In this document: one piece after another, positions 1 through 12,354 of the stretch
Layout: each line of letters starts with the position of its first letter
Position numbering within the stretch: position 1 is the stretch's first letter
NCBI GenBank assembly: GCA_951406725.2
Contig: OX597827.1
Span: 82,708,001 to 82,772,000, forward strand
Reading direction: 5' to 3'
Origin: Octopus vulgaris
Taxonomy: Eukaryota
Length of the DNA stretch: 64,000 nt
Program-made: the position numbers and the translations under genes
Notes under the pieces: generated by a model
Told to the model about the DNA's origin: nothing
Database searches by the model: none
What the model saw: only the letters and a program-made list of their open reading frames with translations

Positions 1-205
1 TTTGATTCTGGACTCTACTTCCAAGTTTAGAAATTCTCTTCCTAATTCTTTCACTCAGCAATGAGAACCATAGCATTGACACACAGGGGATCCTACTGAC
101 AGACTCTTGTTCCCTCCTCTTTTATGAGCTGAAGAACAATAATTAAGAGGGAAGGGCTGAGACCACAGCCCTGATGGATACCTACTAGCATATTTGCATA
201 CTGAA
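1..205 (-). mobile_element. Degenerate RTE-clade LINE RT fragment
   Basis: The minus strand reads GIHQGCGLSPSLLIIVLQ...VLIAE...WK..ESK with stops. This is collinear with [18 protein letters not shown]...LIAES...WKQGLESK in the intact RTE ORF at 18.2-20.0 kb. Confidence 0.75.
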
Positions 206-1573
206 CTTGTTTTATTTAGGTTTAGATTTACCTTATATAGATACTTTTACCTTATATGGATACTTTCCTTGATTTGAGATTTTTTACCACAAATGTTTTT
301 TTAAAAAATAAGACTTGTCTTATCTTATATTTCACTAAGATTCCTTGAGAATCTTAGCTTGGAACTAGCCTATCACACAAACCATATGTATTTGTAGTAT
401 ACAATATTGTAACCGTAATGTTTCATGTTTAGAAATGAATTTGCCAAAGATTTTATGAAAATATTCAGTTTTACTTTTTGAATTTCTCTAAAGAAGTAAA
501 AGTCATTAAAATCAACAGAAAAACTGAAGTCTGTTCATGGTTGTATTGACAAGACTAGCACCGAATAATGGTTTGTTCTATTTTTGTTACATTGTGTGTT
601 GTTTTGGAAATTATTATCAATATAATCATAAAATGAAGCATTGAGAGGGAGGCAGTCTGTTATCACTCAGTGCTGATTTCTCACTCAGCAGCGTTCCTTG
701 CCTACTTCATTTCAACTGGAATTGTGCGCAAGCAAGCGGTAAATCACACATCTCTGAACTATGCTGCTCAAAAATCAATTATATACTAAGAGATTTTTGT
801 ACAAACAGGACTTGTCTAAAAAAACAATGGCCTGGTCTATTCAGAATAGTGATTTTTAATCCTGCAACTAAAAGAAAACAAGATGAAAACAAAAAATGTT
901 TTTTAAAAAATCAATTGCCAGTTTTTGTTGCTTTTGTTTTTGTTGTTGTTTTTGTAATAGGATTACCATGGGTTTTTATTATTAAAATGAAGGTCGTTGA
1001 CGAGTTGAAGCTGTCTGATTAAAACAGTGAAATTAAAATACAGACTCTTCATACATATTAAATAGATTGCTTTGCCTTGTTTCTTGTTTGTTTCTTTTAA
1101 TTATTGTTGTTGTTATTGTTTTCATAACAACCAGAATCTTCTCTACGTGCAAGTAGAGAATTATTCAAATGCATAAACAAAAACAACACAAAACAAAAAG
1201 AAAAAGAAAAAGAAAGAAGAGATCTGTCCTACATTTTATCTGGAGACAGATTCTTGCGTTGGCAAGATGGTAAGATTCCTCTTCATCCTGAGAGTTTGCT
1301 TCACATTTTGTTTGTTCACGCTTGATTACATTTGCCAGGATTACTTCAGTATAAACCTATTTCTGCTTGACATACGGTTCTTCCTCCACAGCAAACAGGG
1401 CGAGAACACATTCAGCCTGGCTGTTTACAAATCTCAATAGTCTCAGATTGTTTGAGTAAATTATGTTTTACAGCTGGGTGCTCTTCCGACTGGAAGCCAC
1501 TCAGAGGTAAAGTGATAGTGGTAGCTGTTGACAGACAGGCTGACTGAGCCAATTATAATATTGATTTTAAATT

Positions 1574-1715
1574 CAAGCACAAGGCCAGCAAAGCCATTTC
1601 AGATGATGAGGGGGGGTAAGTCAATTATGTCGACCCCTGTGCTCAACTGGTTTTTATTTTATCAACCCTGAAATGTTAAAAGGCAAAAATCAATCTCAGC
1701 AAAATTTGACCTCTT
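1574..1715 (-). mobile_element. SINE family B (Nin/Deu-like central domain), partial
   Basis: Reverse complement of the GACTTTGCCTTTCATCCTTTCGGGGTCGATAAA..AGTACCAG core seen intact at 25197-25428. Confidence 0.6.
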
Positions 1716-1719
1716 AACA

Positions 1720-1875
1720 TAGGGAGCTTGCTTACCAACCACATGGTTCCAGGTTCAGTCCCACTGCGTGGCACATTGGGCAAGTGTCTTCTTCTATAAC
1801 CTTGAGAAAACCAAAACCTTGTGAGTGGATTTGAAAGATGGAAACTGAAAGAAGCCTGACGTATATATGTATATG

Positions 1876-1910
<35 letters not shown>

Positions 1911-2108
1911 TTGTATGTCTGTGTTTGTCCCCCCAACATCGCTTGACAACCGATGCTGGTGTGTTTACATCCCTGTAACTTAGCAGTTACGATAGAATAA
2001 CTATTAGGCTTACAAAGAATAAGTCCTGGGGTCAATTTGCTCGATTAAAGGCAGTGCTCCAGCATGGCCGCAGTCAAATGATTGAAACAAGTAAAAGAGT
2101 AAAATAGT
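1720..2108 (+). mobile_element. tRNA-derived SINE family A
   Basis: B-box-like GGTTCAGTCCC, then a TTGGGCAAGTGTCTT core, an internal (TA)/(TG) tract and the tail CCAGCATGGCCGCAGTCAAATGA.TGAAACAAGTAAAAGAG. Homologous copies at 8086-8512(-), 9850-10231(+) and 16286-16590(+). Confidence 0.85.
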
Positions 2109-2829
2109 ATAGGAGGCAGATGAAATGGTACTAAGTATTCTTTTCAGATAACGTTGTAGCTATTGTTTAACCCCAGGTTAGCCCGTTCGCCCTGATAGAA
2201 CAGCCTATAATAAAAGACATTCCAGTCATGACCATACCATCTTGATGGGGTGGGGGGACTATAGCTAAGATTAAATGCTAATCTCAAGACGGTAGTGTAG
2301 ATTTATGAGAAATTTGGCTGCAATTTCTAGCAACTCAGATGGCCATGTAAGGGATTTTATTCTTGTTCAACTTAATGATGTCAGCCTTGAAAGAACAGAC
2401 AGTTTCATTGCCTTCATTTTGTTTTTGCTTCATGGGGACGACCGCAGTCCACGACCACCCTCACCACCACGACCACCCTCACCACCACCACCACCCTCAC
2501 CACCACCACCACCACCACCACCACCACCATCATCATCATTACCGTCATCGTCATCACTATTAACCATCATCATCATCGTTGTCATATCTACTCTCCCTCA
2601 GCCTCATTTGTTGACCAACACTGACATATATCTTTAATATGATGTGATCATCTGACCGACGCATGGCCTTAATTCTGTTACACTATTATTTAGGTGGAAG
2701 AGAAAAGCTAGAGGTGTGTGATCGAAATGGGGTCAAACGAACCAGAGAATAGGGATGACTGGGGGGGGGGGTAGTCTAAATTCTAAAACATTTTTAGTTG
2801 AGTGAATGGTAATAATAACACTAACAAAC

Positions 2830-3260
2830 TTATTGTCTACCGTGTTCAGGTACACTACATCTCATCCGAAAGGGTAACCAAAAGTGCATGGAATAATGCA
2901 CAGGAAGTGAACAGTAAATGAGTCATTTACAAATAAAAAGGGATCTGTGGGGACATCAGGTGTATGGTTGGTGAATTCCAGGAAGCGTGGAAGGTTGAAA
3001 GACATTGTGTACCAACAGCTAACAACTGATGCAGGTAATTTATTCCATGCTTCAGTAAATTTTGAGCATGAAAAAATGTTTCTGAAAATCATAGCTGCTG
3101 TGTTGGTTTTTGATTTTGTAAGCATGTCCAAGAGTATTAGATGTTTGGAATTCAAAAAGGTGCCCAAGCTTGTTGTTGAAAAGATGGTGGATAATCTTGC
3201 AGGCATCTACTAAGTCAGCTGCCAGATGTCAGAGCTTTAATGTGTCCATGCCCAGGAAGA
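2830..3260 (-). mobile_element. CR1/L2-group LINE 3' end (ORF2 C-terminus plus 3' UTR), decayed
   Basis: The minus-strand peptide ...FTEAWNKLPASVVSC matches the WNxLPxxVV C-terminal motif of CR1-group ORF2. Confidence 0.7.
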
Positions 3261-3554
3261 GATATTTGAGAGATGGAGAGGAGAGAAAAGATTTGAGGAA
3301 TAGTGTTTTCTGGGTAGTCTTTGGAAAGGAATAATGTCTAATGGGAGCTGTGCAGAAATGTAGCAGGAAGTGAGACACATTGTGACGCATATGATTTAGC
3401 AAAATCAACAGCTTGTGTGTGTATAATTCTTAGAGAAGTTTACATCTGTATGTTTAATAAACACACAAGTGATTTTACTGTGATTTTAGTGTACTTGAGT
3501 GCAAAAATTTAAAATCTGTCCTGGTACACATCACACTTCCCATAAGTGGTTGTC

Positions 3555-4095
3555 AGCTACTCTCTCTTTGTGTGGAAAAAAGTAAAGACACCTGTTGAAC
3601 TGGTAAAAACCAGGTGAAACTAACTGTTATTCCCCAGTTCATTGAGTACAGAGAACCCTGCAGTTTAATCACAATATCTGTTTATATTAACCTCCACTCC
3701 CTCTCTGTAGTTTGAACTGGGAAAAACCAGGTGAAACTACCCGAATCATTTTCCAGCTTAATCTGGACAGAAAACTCCATAGTTTAAATGCAATGCTTAT
3801 TTGCATTAAGTTACTGTTTCGCCAAATTAAGCAAATATTCCTGAAGAGCTGGCAAAGACCATGAGAAACTGATTATGTCATATTTTAGTTCATTCCACAG
3901 AAAGAACCCTGTAGTTTAATCACAACATCTGTTTTCATTAAGCTACTGTGTCTTTGCAAAAAAATGAATTCAAGACACCTAATGAGCTGGTGAAGGCCAG
4001 GCAAAACAAGTCAAGTCATTTTCCAATGTGTTCTGCTGAAAGAGCAGCAGTGGAGTTTAACTGCAGCATCTATCTGCACAGTGAGGCTGTGTGCA
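3555..4095 (+). repeat. Degenerate tandem array of four 118-138 bp units, each with a hammerhead-like core
   Basis: The unit head recurs at 3592, ~3709, 3841 and 3979: CTGTTGA / (AG)TTTGA / CTGAAGA / CTAATGA, then a 17-nt hairpin, then GAAAC. Units 1 and 3 share AGAACCCTG.AGTTTAATCACAA.ATCTGTTT. Confidence 0.8.
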
Positions 4096-4281
4096 TGGTT
4101 CATTAAATGTAGTCAAGTAAATTTATTTACAGCTCAGCCCTTGGCTGATCATGATTCTCAAGGTAGATGAGGAGACACCTCAAGTGTTTATAAGAATCAT
4201 AGTCATGATCAGCCAACGGAGGATATTGCAAACCAGACTCTAACCTTTTGATAGTATGTATATATGTGTATATATATATAT

Positions 4282-4322
<41 letters not shown>

Positions 4323-4424
4323 AATAGATAGATAGATAGATAGATATAACTATCCAATCCACCCAATGTATTGAGTTCTATATCTGACAATGTTTGTTCC
4401 ATGTAAAAAATATATATGTATATG

Positions 4425-4485
<61 letters not shown>

Positions 4486-4549
4486 ATTTTACAGCTCTTA
4501 CTTGAGTGTATGTATATGTGTGTGTATGTGTCTGTGTATGTGCATTTGC

Positions 4550-4623
<74 letters not shown>

Positions 4624-5948
4624 ATATATGGATATATGGATATATGTATGTATATAGATGAAGAATTAATAAGCCTCATGTGTCCAGTTAATATACTTAA
4701 TGCTTCTTCTGTGAAACTCCAAGATTCTTCTGTAGAGTTGTTGAAAGATCTAAAACCCAAACTGTGCCACTTTGGCACATGTTGTTGCCAATATATTCAC
4801 AATCTTTTGCACATTAGCCAGGATTTATTAAAAATCATACATCAGAGAATTAAATACAAAAAACAGAGAAACACATCAGAAATTCCTATTTTCATTTTGC
4901 AAATAAGTGGAAACGCTGAGAGAGATGTAAGGGTGTAGTGTGTGTTTTGGCCGTCAGAAGCTGGACAAAGGCTGTTGCTATGGAGAATCCCTAGTGATGA
5001 TTCTAATACTGTGCTGTTGGATGGGGGATATTTATGAGCGAGGTTTGCATTCTGTTTATCTGTTTGATGTTTTGTAAGATGATAGCGTTATGGATGTGGG
5101 TAAGGGCTTGAGGATATTTCTATAATTTCTTGTGGTGCAACATCCAGATTAGCCCTGCTCAAGTTTACTCTTGATTAAAGACATTCCAATCGTGACCACC
5201 CCATCTTTATTTTTTTTTCAGGCATCATTACATCGTTACATTGTTATCATCATTTAAGGTCCGCTTTCCATGCTGGCATGGGCTGGATTGTTTGACAGAA
5301 GCTGGCAAGGCTGGAGAGCTGCACCAGGCTCTAATTATCTGTTTGGCATGGTTTCCATGGTTGGATGCTATGCCAACCACTTTACAGAGTGTACTGGGTG
5401 CTTTTTATGTGGCATTTTGGTGACTCCTTTTTTATTCCTTCTTAATAGAATGAGATAAGAAGGGAAATTTGGCTACTGTTTTTAGTGGATCAAGCAAGCA
5501 GTGATAGATAATATGTAGTGCAGGTGATCATTTCCTGCTTTGGTTGTTACTGACCTGCTATGTCCACTCACTGTCTATTTACCACTACTACAATGGCCTC
5601 TGCTCCCCATATCTGGCTACTTTCATTCCCAAACTCCCCAGCCATCAATCTCTTATCATCTTATCAGATATATTGTGTTCACACCTCCCAGCCCCTCACA
5701 GACCCCTTTTTTCCCATGCCTTCCACCATAAATCATCAATCCACTCGAATCCCCGTTTTCCTCGTGGCCACCAACTTGCAGCTGTTTATATCAATGTATA
5801 CATGTATGTGTGTATACATTTATGTATGGATATGTGTATCTACATGTATGTATGTATATATGTGTATGTATATGCGCATATGGATGTACATATATGTATA
5901 CATGCATGTAAGAATATGGGTGTGCGTGAGTAATAGTGTATGTCTATT

Positions 5949-5979
<31 letters not shown>

Positions 5980-6043
5980 GCATATGTATGTATGTCATTA
6001 TTCAGTTTTATTTCAAGAGTTCATTCCAATAGAGAAAGAGCCA

Positions 6044-6192
6044 CAGGCATATGGTGTAGTGGTTTAGAGCGCAGGCTATTAACCCCAAGATTCCGAGTTC
6101 AATTCCAAGCAGTGACCTGAATAATATACTACTACAACTACTACTACTACTACAACTACTACTACTACTACTACTACTACTACAACAACAAC

Positions 6193-6230
<38 letters not shown>

Positions 6231-6372
6231 CAGGAATAAGAACCCAGGTTTGAAACTTCCCCCAAAACACCTGATGAAAGCTGGGGGTATATCAGCCGAA
6301 ACGTTGTGTTAACAACAAACAAGATTATCTGTCAAATGTAAATAATGTAAATAGTTCCTCATCTCTTAAATA
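6044..6372 (+). mobile_element. tRNA-headed, hammerhead-containing short element
   Basis: A-box TGGTGTAGTGG 6052-6062, B-box GAGTTCAATTCC 6095-6106, (TAC)n(TAA)n spacer 6120-6226, hammerhead 6266-6310, AT-rich tail. Confidence 0.7.
6266..6310 (+). ncRNA. Minimal type I hammerhead ribozyme motif
   Basis: AACAC-CTGATGA-aa-GCTGG..TCAGC-c-GAAA-CG-TT^GTGTT. Stem I is AACAC/GTGTT, the stem III region is palindromic (AACGTT), and predicted cleavage is after 6305. The base of stem II is mismatched in this copy. Confidence 0.75.
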
Positions 6373-7164
6373 TTTCTGGAAAGTTTTACAGCTTTTTTAG
6401 AGTTCCAGTGATGGACTGGATCTGTAGTCTTTGAATTAGCTTTCTCCTTTCTGGTTTTGAGAAGCCTAATTTCTCAAGACTAGTATTTAGGCAGTATTTT
6501 ACATATCCCAGTGCCCCAATAATTACAGGTATAAACCTGAACTTGTAATCTAGATAGAGTAACTGTAGATGTATGTATGTATGAAAATCTTTCAGCGATG
6601 TATATTGACAAAAGCTGTGAATATCACTTGACTGGGAGGAGTTGTGGTGGCCATGGGCAGAACACCATTCTCTAGACCAAATCATTACAAACAACAGTCA
6701 GTCCTGATCTAGGAGATCCATGATGAAAGGTTTCCTTTTAGTTTTCTTTCAGCCATTGTGTGTCAACTAGAAGACACTTTGGCACAACTGGTTTGGCACT
6801 GCTTGTGAGGCATCACCGATTCAAGACTGAACGCTTTCCTGGCATTTGCCATGGTTTCTTTAACTCAAAACTGTATCCATACATACATACATGTGTGCAT
6901 ACATACACATACATACATGAATGCATTCATACATACATACATACACACATATGTACATACATACATAATACATACATACATGCATCCATGAATGCATACA
7001 TACATACATACATACATACATACATGCATACATACATACACATACATACATGCATGTGCACATACATGCATGCATACATGCATACAAACACACACACAGA
7101 CATACATACACACACGTACATACACACATACATACATACGTACATACACACACACACATATATG

Positions 7165-7196
<32 letters not shown>

Positions 7197-7804
7197 CATA
7201 CATACATACATACATACATATACACACACACATTACATGCATGCACTCATATGCATCTGAGTGAGAATATACAAGATCTTCCTCAAATGCAGCCAGTAAA
7301 TTGTTGTTGTTGCTGTTATCTAAACTGCAGTAATGGTGTTTTGTATCTTTGTGAGAAACCAGAAACTTCTTACATAAAGATTTGAAAGAAATAAGAAAGA
7401 GATTTTTATGCCCATAATAATGTATAGCAGACAGGTTTATAAACTGAAAGGGGGAAAAATAAACATGGAAACAGAGCAGATTGTTAATGGTAAATTTTAA
7501 TGAAGATGAAATGCACAACAAGTGGACATTTTGGATAATCTTTTTCTTTTTTAACAATTTTAATAAAACGAGAAAAATATATGATAACATAGATAATAAA
7601 TACAATATATGATGATGAATATATAAATATAATAACAGATATAAAATATAACATTTCTGAAGAAGACAAGCTTTATATAAAATTACCAAGCAAAAAATAT
7701 CTCCACCATGATTTTAGTGTTACATGTATTAAAAATGGTTTGCTTTTTGGGTTCCTAATTTGATTTATACATGTGTGCATGCACCTGTATATGTATACAT
7801 ATAT

Positions 7805-7860
<56 letters not shown>

Positions 7861-7942
7861 AGAGTTTACGAAAAAACAAAAGACGACAGGTGGTGTACAA
7901 AACAAACAGATGTATTAGTATAACGCTCAGGAATAGAAAAAG

Positions 7943-7980
7943 TCTTTTACGTTTCGAGCCTACGCTCTTCTACAGAAAGA
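7943..7980 (-). ncRNA. Variant hammerhead motif (core CUGUAGA)
   Basis: The minus strand reads TCTTT-CTGTAGA-A-GAGC-GTAG-GCTC-GAAA-CG-TA^AAAGA. A second copy on + at 8541-8576 shows CpG decay. Confidence 0.55.
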
Positions 7981-8085
7981 TACACAGAAAAAACAAGGAG
8001 AGAAAAAAATATGTGTACTGGCTAACGATCTATCATGGCGACTAGTGCCGGACAGAAGGGTCAAACACACACATATATATATATC

Positions 8086-8299
8086 TCTTTTACTCTTTTA
8101 CTTGTTTCAGTCGTTTGACTGCGGCCATGCTGGTGCACCTCCTTTAGTCGAGCAAATCGACCCCAGGACTTATTCTTTGTAAGCCCAGTACTTATTCTAT
8201 CGGTCTTTTTTGCCGAACCGCTAAGTGACGGGGACGTAAACACACCAGCATCGGTTGTCAAGCAATGCTAGGGGAACAAACACAGACACACAAACACAT

Positions 8300-8348
<49 letters not shown>

Positions 8349-8512
8349 TACAACAGGCTTCTTTCAGTTTCAGTCTACCAAATCCACTCACAAGGCATTG
8401 GTCAGCCCGGGGCTATAGCAGAAGACACTTGCCCAAGATGCCACGCAGTGGGACTGAACCGGGAACCATGTGGTTGGTTAGCAAGCTATGTACCACACAG
8501 CCACTCCTGCAC
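8086..8512 (-). mobile_element. tRNA-derived SINE family A, near full length
   Basis: Reverse complement of 1720-2108, including the head GTGGCTGTGTGGTA. Flanked by (TA)n on both sides. Confidence 0.85.
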
Positions 8513-8829
8513 CTATATATATATATATTTTTCTGTGTCCCTTTCTGTAGAAGAGCGTAGGCTTGAAACATAAAAGACTTTTTCAATTCCTGAGCGTTAT
8601 ACTAATACATCTGTTTGTTTTGTACACCACCTGTCTTCGTCTTCTGCTTTTTTGTGAACTCTCCCTATATATGAATATATAAATATAAAGGATATGAGTG
8701 TCCTAGTTCACTGGTGATCTAAACGAAGAGGTATGCAGTGTAAATGCTATAATTGGTCATCCATTAGGTTCCCAGTTCACAGTTGAGGCTGGAGCTAGGG
8801 TTCTGTTATAGGCTGCCATGTAGGTATTT

Positions 8830-9799
8830 ATTAGAGGAAAAAGGACAACAAAAACCAAGTCATTTAGAATAATTTAATTGGCTTAATGTTAATTCGAAGT
8901 AGTCTTACAGCTGTTTCTGGGATATCTCAAGTGATCGGCTAGCATATCTGTACACTGGGTTAATTTTAATTTTAATTTTTAAAACTTTAATCTGTATCCT
9001 TTATCCATTTAATTGTAGTTTTATCCTACATATATCCCCATAACCTAGGCATTTATTTTTAACTATTCCTACTGACCACTGACCACACCTAACCTATTTA
9101 ATCAATAAATACCTTCCTCTTCCACTTACCAAAACCTTTAACACCTGACCTCTCACTCTGAACCTTACACTTAAGAAGAAGAATACTGGCACCTGATCTC
9201 TTTATTCTTTTTATTCCTTTTCTTTTTGTTTTTTATTTTGATTTTGATTTTCCTTTACTTTTACACCCATTCATTCTTTCCCCAACACCCGTCCCATTCT
9301 TGTCTTTCCTCTCTCTCTCTCTCTCTCTTCTTTTCTCTCTTCTCTCCACACACTCACAACCCACTTCTCTCTACCCACCTGGACCATTTGTACACTAGGT
9401 GACCACTTATATCGACATGAATGCATCATTCAAAATACTGCCTAGATTTACCTGGGATTATACCTGAGGGCTTTCACCTTCACAGAAGTACAGACCAACT
9501 TCCGTGCCTTCTGGAAAAAGATGAATTGTGAACTTTATTCGCCTGTCTGTATTATTCTCTACACTTTTACTCTTTATTCTTCGAGTTTATTCTTTCATAA
9601 ACTGTGAATTTCCTTGTCTGGAACTTCATACATTCTCACTTTGTCTCTGATGATGGAATACCCAGTGTTTGGAGATGCTAACCTATCACTTGGGATATCC
9701 CAGAAACAGCTGTAAGACCTCAAATTAACCTTGCTCTAATTAAACTATTATCATGAGATACTCGTCCTGCTGTGGTTTTTGATGTCTTTTTCCTCTAAT
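8830..9799 (+). mobile_element. Non-autonomous Penelope-type element with an inverted partial terminus
   Basis: 8830-8960 is a diverged inverted copy of 9660-9799. The right copy contains a complete hammerhead. The interior is pyrimidine-rich and noncoding. Confidence 0.65.
9643..9718 (+). ncRNA. Type I hammerhead ribozyme motif with long stem II
   Basis: GTCT-CTGATGA(9647-9653)-TGGAATACCCAGTG...CACTTGGGATATCCCA-GAAA(9703-9706)-CAGCTG-TA^AGAC. Stem I is GTCT/AGAC and the stem III palindrome is ACAGCTGT. Confidence 0.85.
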
Positions 9800-9849
9800 G
9801 TGTGTATATATATATATATAGGCATAGTTTAATTAGAGTAAGGTTAATT

Positions 9850-10231
9850 ATGAACCACATGCTTATAAACCACATGGTTCTGGGTTCAGTCCCACTATGT
9901 GGCACCTTGGGCAAGTGTCTTCTACTATAGCCTCAGGCCGACCAAAGCTTTGTGAATGGAAACTGAAAGAAGCCTGTCGTATATATGTATATATATGTGT
10001 GTGTGTGTGTGTGTGTATACGTTTGTGTGTCTGTGTTTGTCCCCCCAAAATCGCTTGACAACCGATGCTGGTGTGTTTACATCCCCATAACTTAGGGGTT
10101 CAGCATAAGAGACTGATAGAATAAGTACTAGGCTTACAAAGAATAAGTCGATTTGCTCGATTAAAGGTGGTGCTCCAGCATGGCCACAGTCAAATGACTG
10201 AAACAAGTAAAAGAGTAAAAGAGTAAAAGAG
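9850..10231 (+). mobile_element. tRNA-derived SINE family A
   Basis: Same core as 1720-2108, with a (GTAAAAGA)n tail. Confidence 0.85.
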
Positions 10232-10381
10232 TATATATATATATATATATCACGTGATCACGTGACCAACCAGACCATCAGAAGTTGCTACACATCGCTG
10301 GTCACAATGCATTCGCATTGTTTTAGCCTTCGAATGAAGCCACCCCACTGGTTAAGCGAGCAGGCCATATATATATATATA

Positions 10382-10910
10382 TCATCATCATCATCATCAT
10401 CATCATCGTTTAACGTCCGTTCTCCATGCTAGCATGGGTTGGACGGTTCGACCGGGGATCTGGGAAGCCAGAAGGCTGCACCAGGCTCCGGTCTTATCTG
10501 GCAATGTTTCTACAGCTGGATGCCCTTCCTAACGCCAACCACTCCGTGAGTGTAGTGGGTGCTTTTTACGTGCCACCTGCACTGGTGCCAGGCGAGGCTG
10601 GCATCGGCCATGGTCGGATTGGTGCATTTTATGTGCCACCGGCACGGAAACCAGACGAGGCGGCACTGGCTTCGGCCACGATTCGGATGGTGCTTTTTAC
10701 GTGCCACTGACACGGAAGCCAGTCGAGGTGGCGCTGGCATCGGCCACGATTCGGATAGTGCTTTTTATGTATCTCCAGTCCAGGGGTCCTGGCATCTGCC
10801 GGGTGCTAGTCATTGGATTGGTTCAATTTCAATTCCAATTTCGATTTCACTTGCCCCAACAGGTCTTCGCAAGCAAAGGGGGGTTGGCATAGGTGCCTGT
10901 CGTCGGATGA
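10382..10910 (-). mobile_element. RTE LINE 3' UTR (5'-truncated copy)
   Basis: The (GAT)n tail and CCGTCCAACCCATGCTAGCATGG terminal hairpin are shared with 20300-20597. Nearly identical to part of 23612-24560. Flanked by (TA)n. Confidence 0.85.
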
Positions 10911-10911
10911 G

Positions 10912-10967
<56 letters not shown>

Positions 10968-11219
10968 TGTCATCATCAGTGTTTAATGTCCACCTTCCAT
11001 GTGTGTGTATATGTGTGTATTTGTGCGCATGTGTGTGTGTGTGTGTGTGTGTGTGTAATGGTTCTGAGATTCCTCTCTCTCTCGCTTCCCTGAGTTTCTT
11101 GATCCCTCACTGATCTTACTCAGAGAAGCAAAACTCAACATTGAGTAAACTCATCAGTGTAATAAAAGTAATTACACACTCGTTTGGTTCTGAATACTTC
11201 CCTGTTGGGAAATTCAAAT

Positions 11220-11264
<45 letters not shown>

Positions 11265-12354
11265 CATATACTCACACATTTACAGGTATGTATTCACATC
11301 CAAATAGAATCAGACATCAATATCTCCTGCCTCCTCATCTTCCTCTTCCTCCTCCTCCTCGTCTCTGCCCCCCCTTCATGTTTTTCTACCAATTATTGAC
11401 TAAGGTGCTCAACCGATATTATTATTGTCATGTAGCATCCAGTCATGCCACACGCCACAGCATCGAAGATATTATCAGTTCCGGGGAGAGAAGGGGAGCG
11501 AGGGGGAGTGTGTTAAGTCACTGTTAAACTAGATTATCTCCACATCCCCCCCCCCCGCCATCTGTCCACCCTCCCACCCACCACCAACCCTTATCTGGCA
11601 CCAATCTCTCATTAACAATGAACATTATTTACATATTGACATCTCTTCCTCATTGCCATCATTATCACCTGTCGGTCTGTCTGTCTGTCGGTCTGTCTGT
11701 CTGTCGGTCTGTCTGCGTGTCTGTGTGTGTTTGTGCATGTGTGTGTTTGTGTGTGTGTGTGTGTGTGTACCTGCCATTATGCCTCTTTGGGTATGTATCG
11801 GTGCGTGAGTGTATTTGTGCATGTGTGTGTTTGTGTGTGCATGAGTGTGAATGTTTGTGTATGCTTGTGTATGTGTGAGTGTCTGTGTGTGTTTGTGCAT
11901 GTATGTGTGTATGTGTGTGTGTGTACCTGCCATTATGTCTCTGGATGTGTGTGTGTGTAGTATAGTAGTGTTAGTGTGAGTGTGTGTGTTTGTTTTCTGG
12001 CCCCTACATCAGTCATATTTCTATGACATGTCATCAACCCCACCCATTCACTTTGGTCCCATCACTGTGACACAGCAGACATCCATCATATTCGCTGATG
12101 GCAACAAAACTATTGTGAGGCACCTGGCCTGGCATACACTTCACTGCATCACAACTATGACACTTGCAACTACTAAATGATTCCTGCACTATTAATGAAG
12201 GACTTAATGCTTCAAGCTGCACCATCGACATAGCACAGGGTCCACTAATAGGGGCCACTAATAGGGGCCACTAATAGGGGCCACTAACAGGGGCCACTTC
12301 CTATCAGCGCATTTCATTAGGTATTACCATATTTGGAGTCTTACAAAGCAATGA

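Larger units (their letters stand above)
5990..6572 (-). mobile_element. R4/Dong-type LINE (lineage 2) 3' fragment, interrupted by the tRNA-hammerhead insert
   Basis: 6372-6572 encodes LQLLYLDYKFRFIPVIIGALG...IQSITGT (RLE C-terminus, as at 29511-29864). 5990-6041 matches the terminal 3' UTR seen at 13368-13415. Both ends abut (ATGT)n. Confidence 0.8.
7857..8667. mobile_element. Inverted pair of Penelope-type termini in (TA)n, split by a SINE A insertion
   Basis: 7857-7993 is the reverse complement of 8528-8667, with scattered mismatches. Each arm carries a variant hammerhead. Confidence 0.7.

Noticed and set aside
6046-6118. Possible functional tRNA gene
   Set aside because: The acceptor, anticodon and T stems do not pair properly and there is no terminator, so it is treated as a retroposon head.
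12241-12298. Four 13-bp CCACTAATAGGGG units resembling CTCF sites
   Set aside because: The spacing does not fit the CTCF core, so this is a simple minisatellite.
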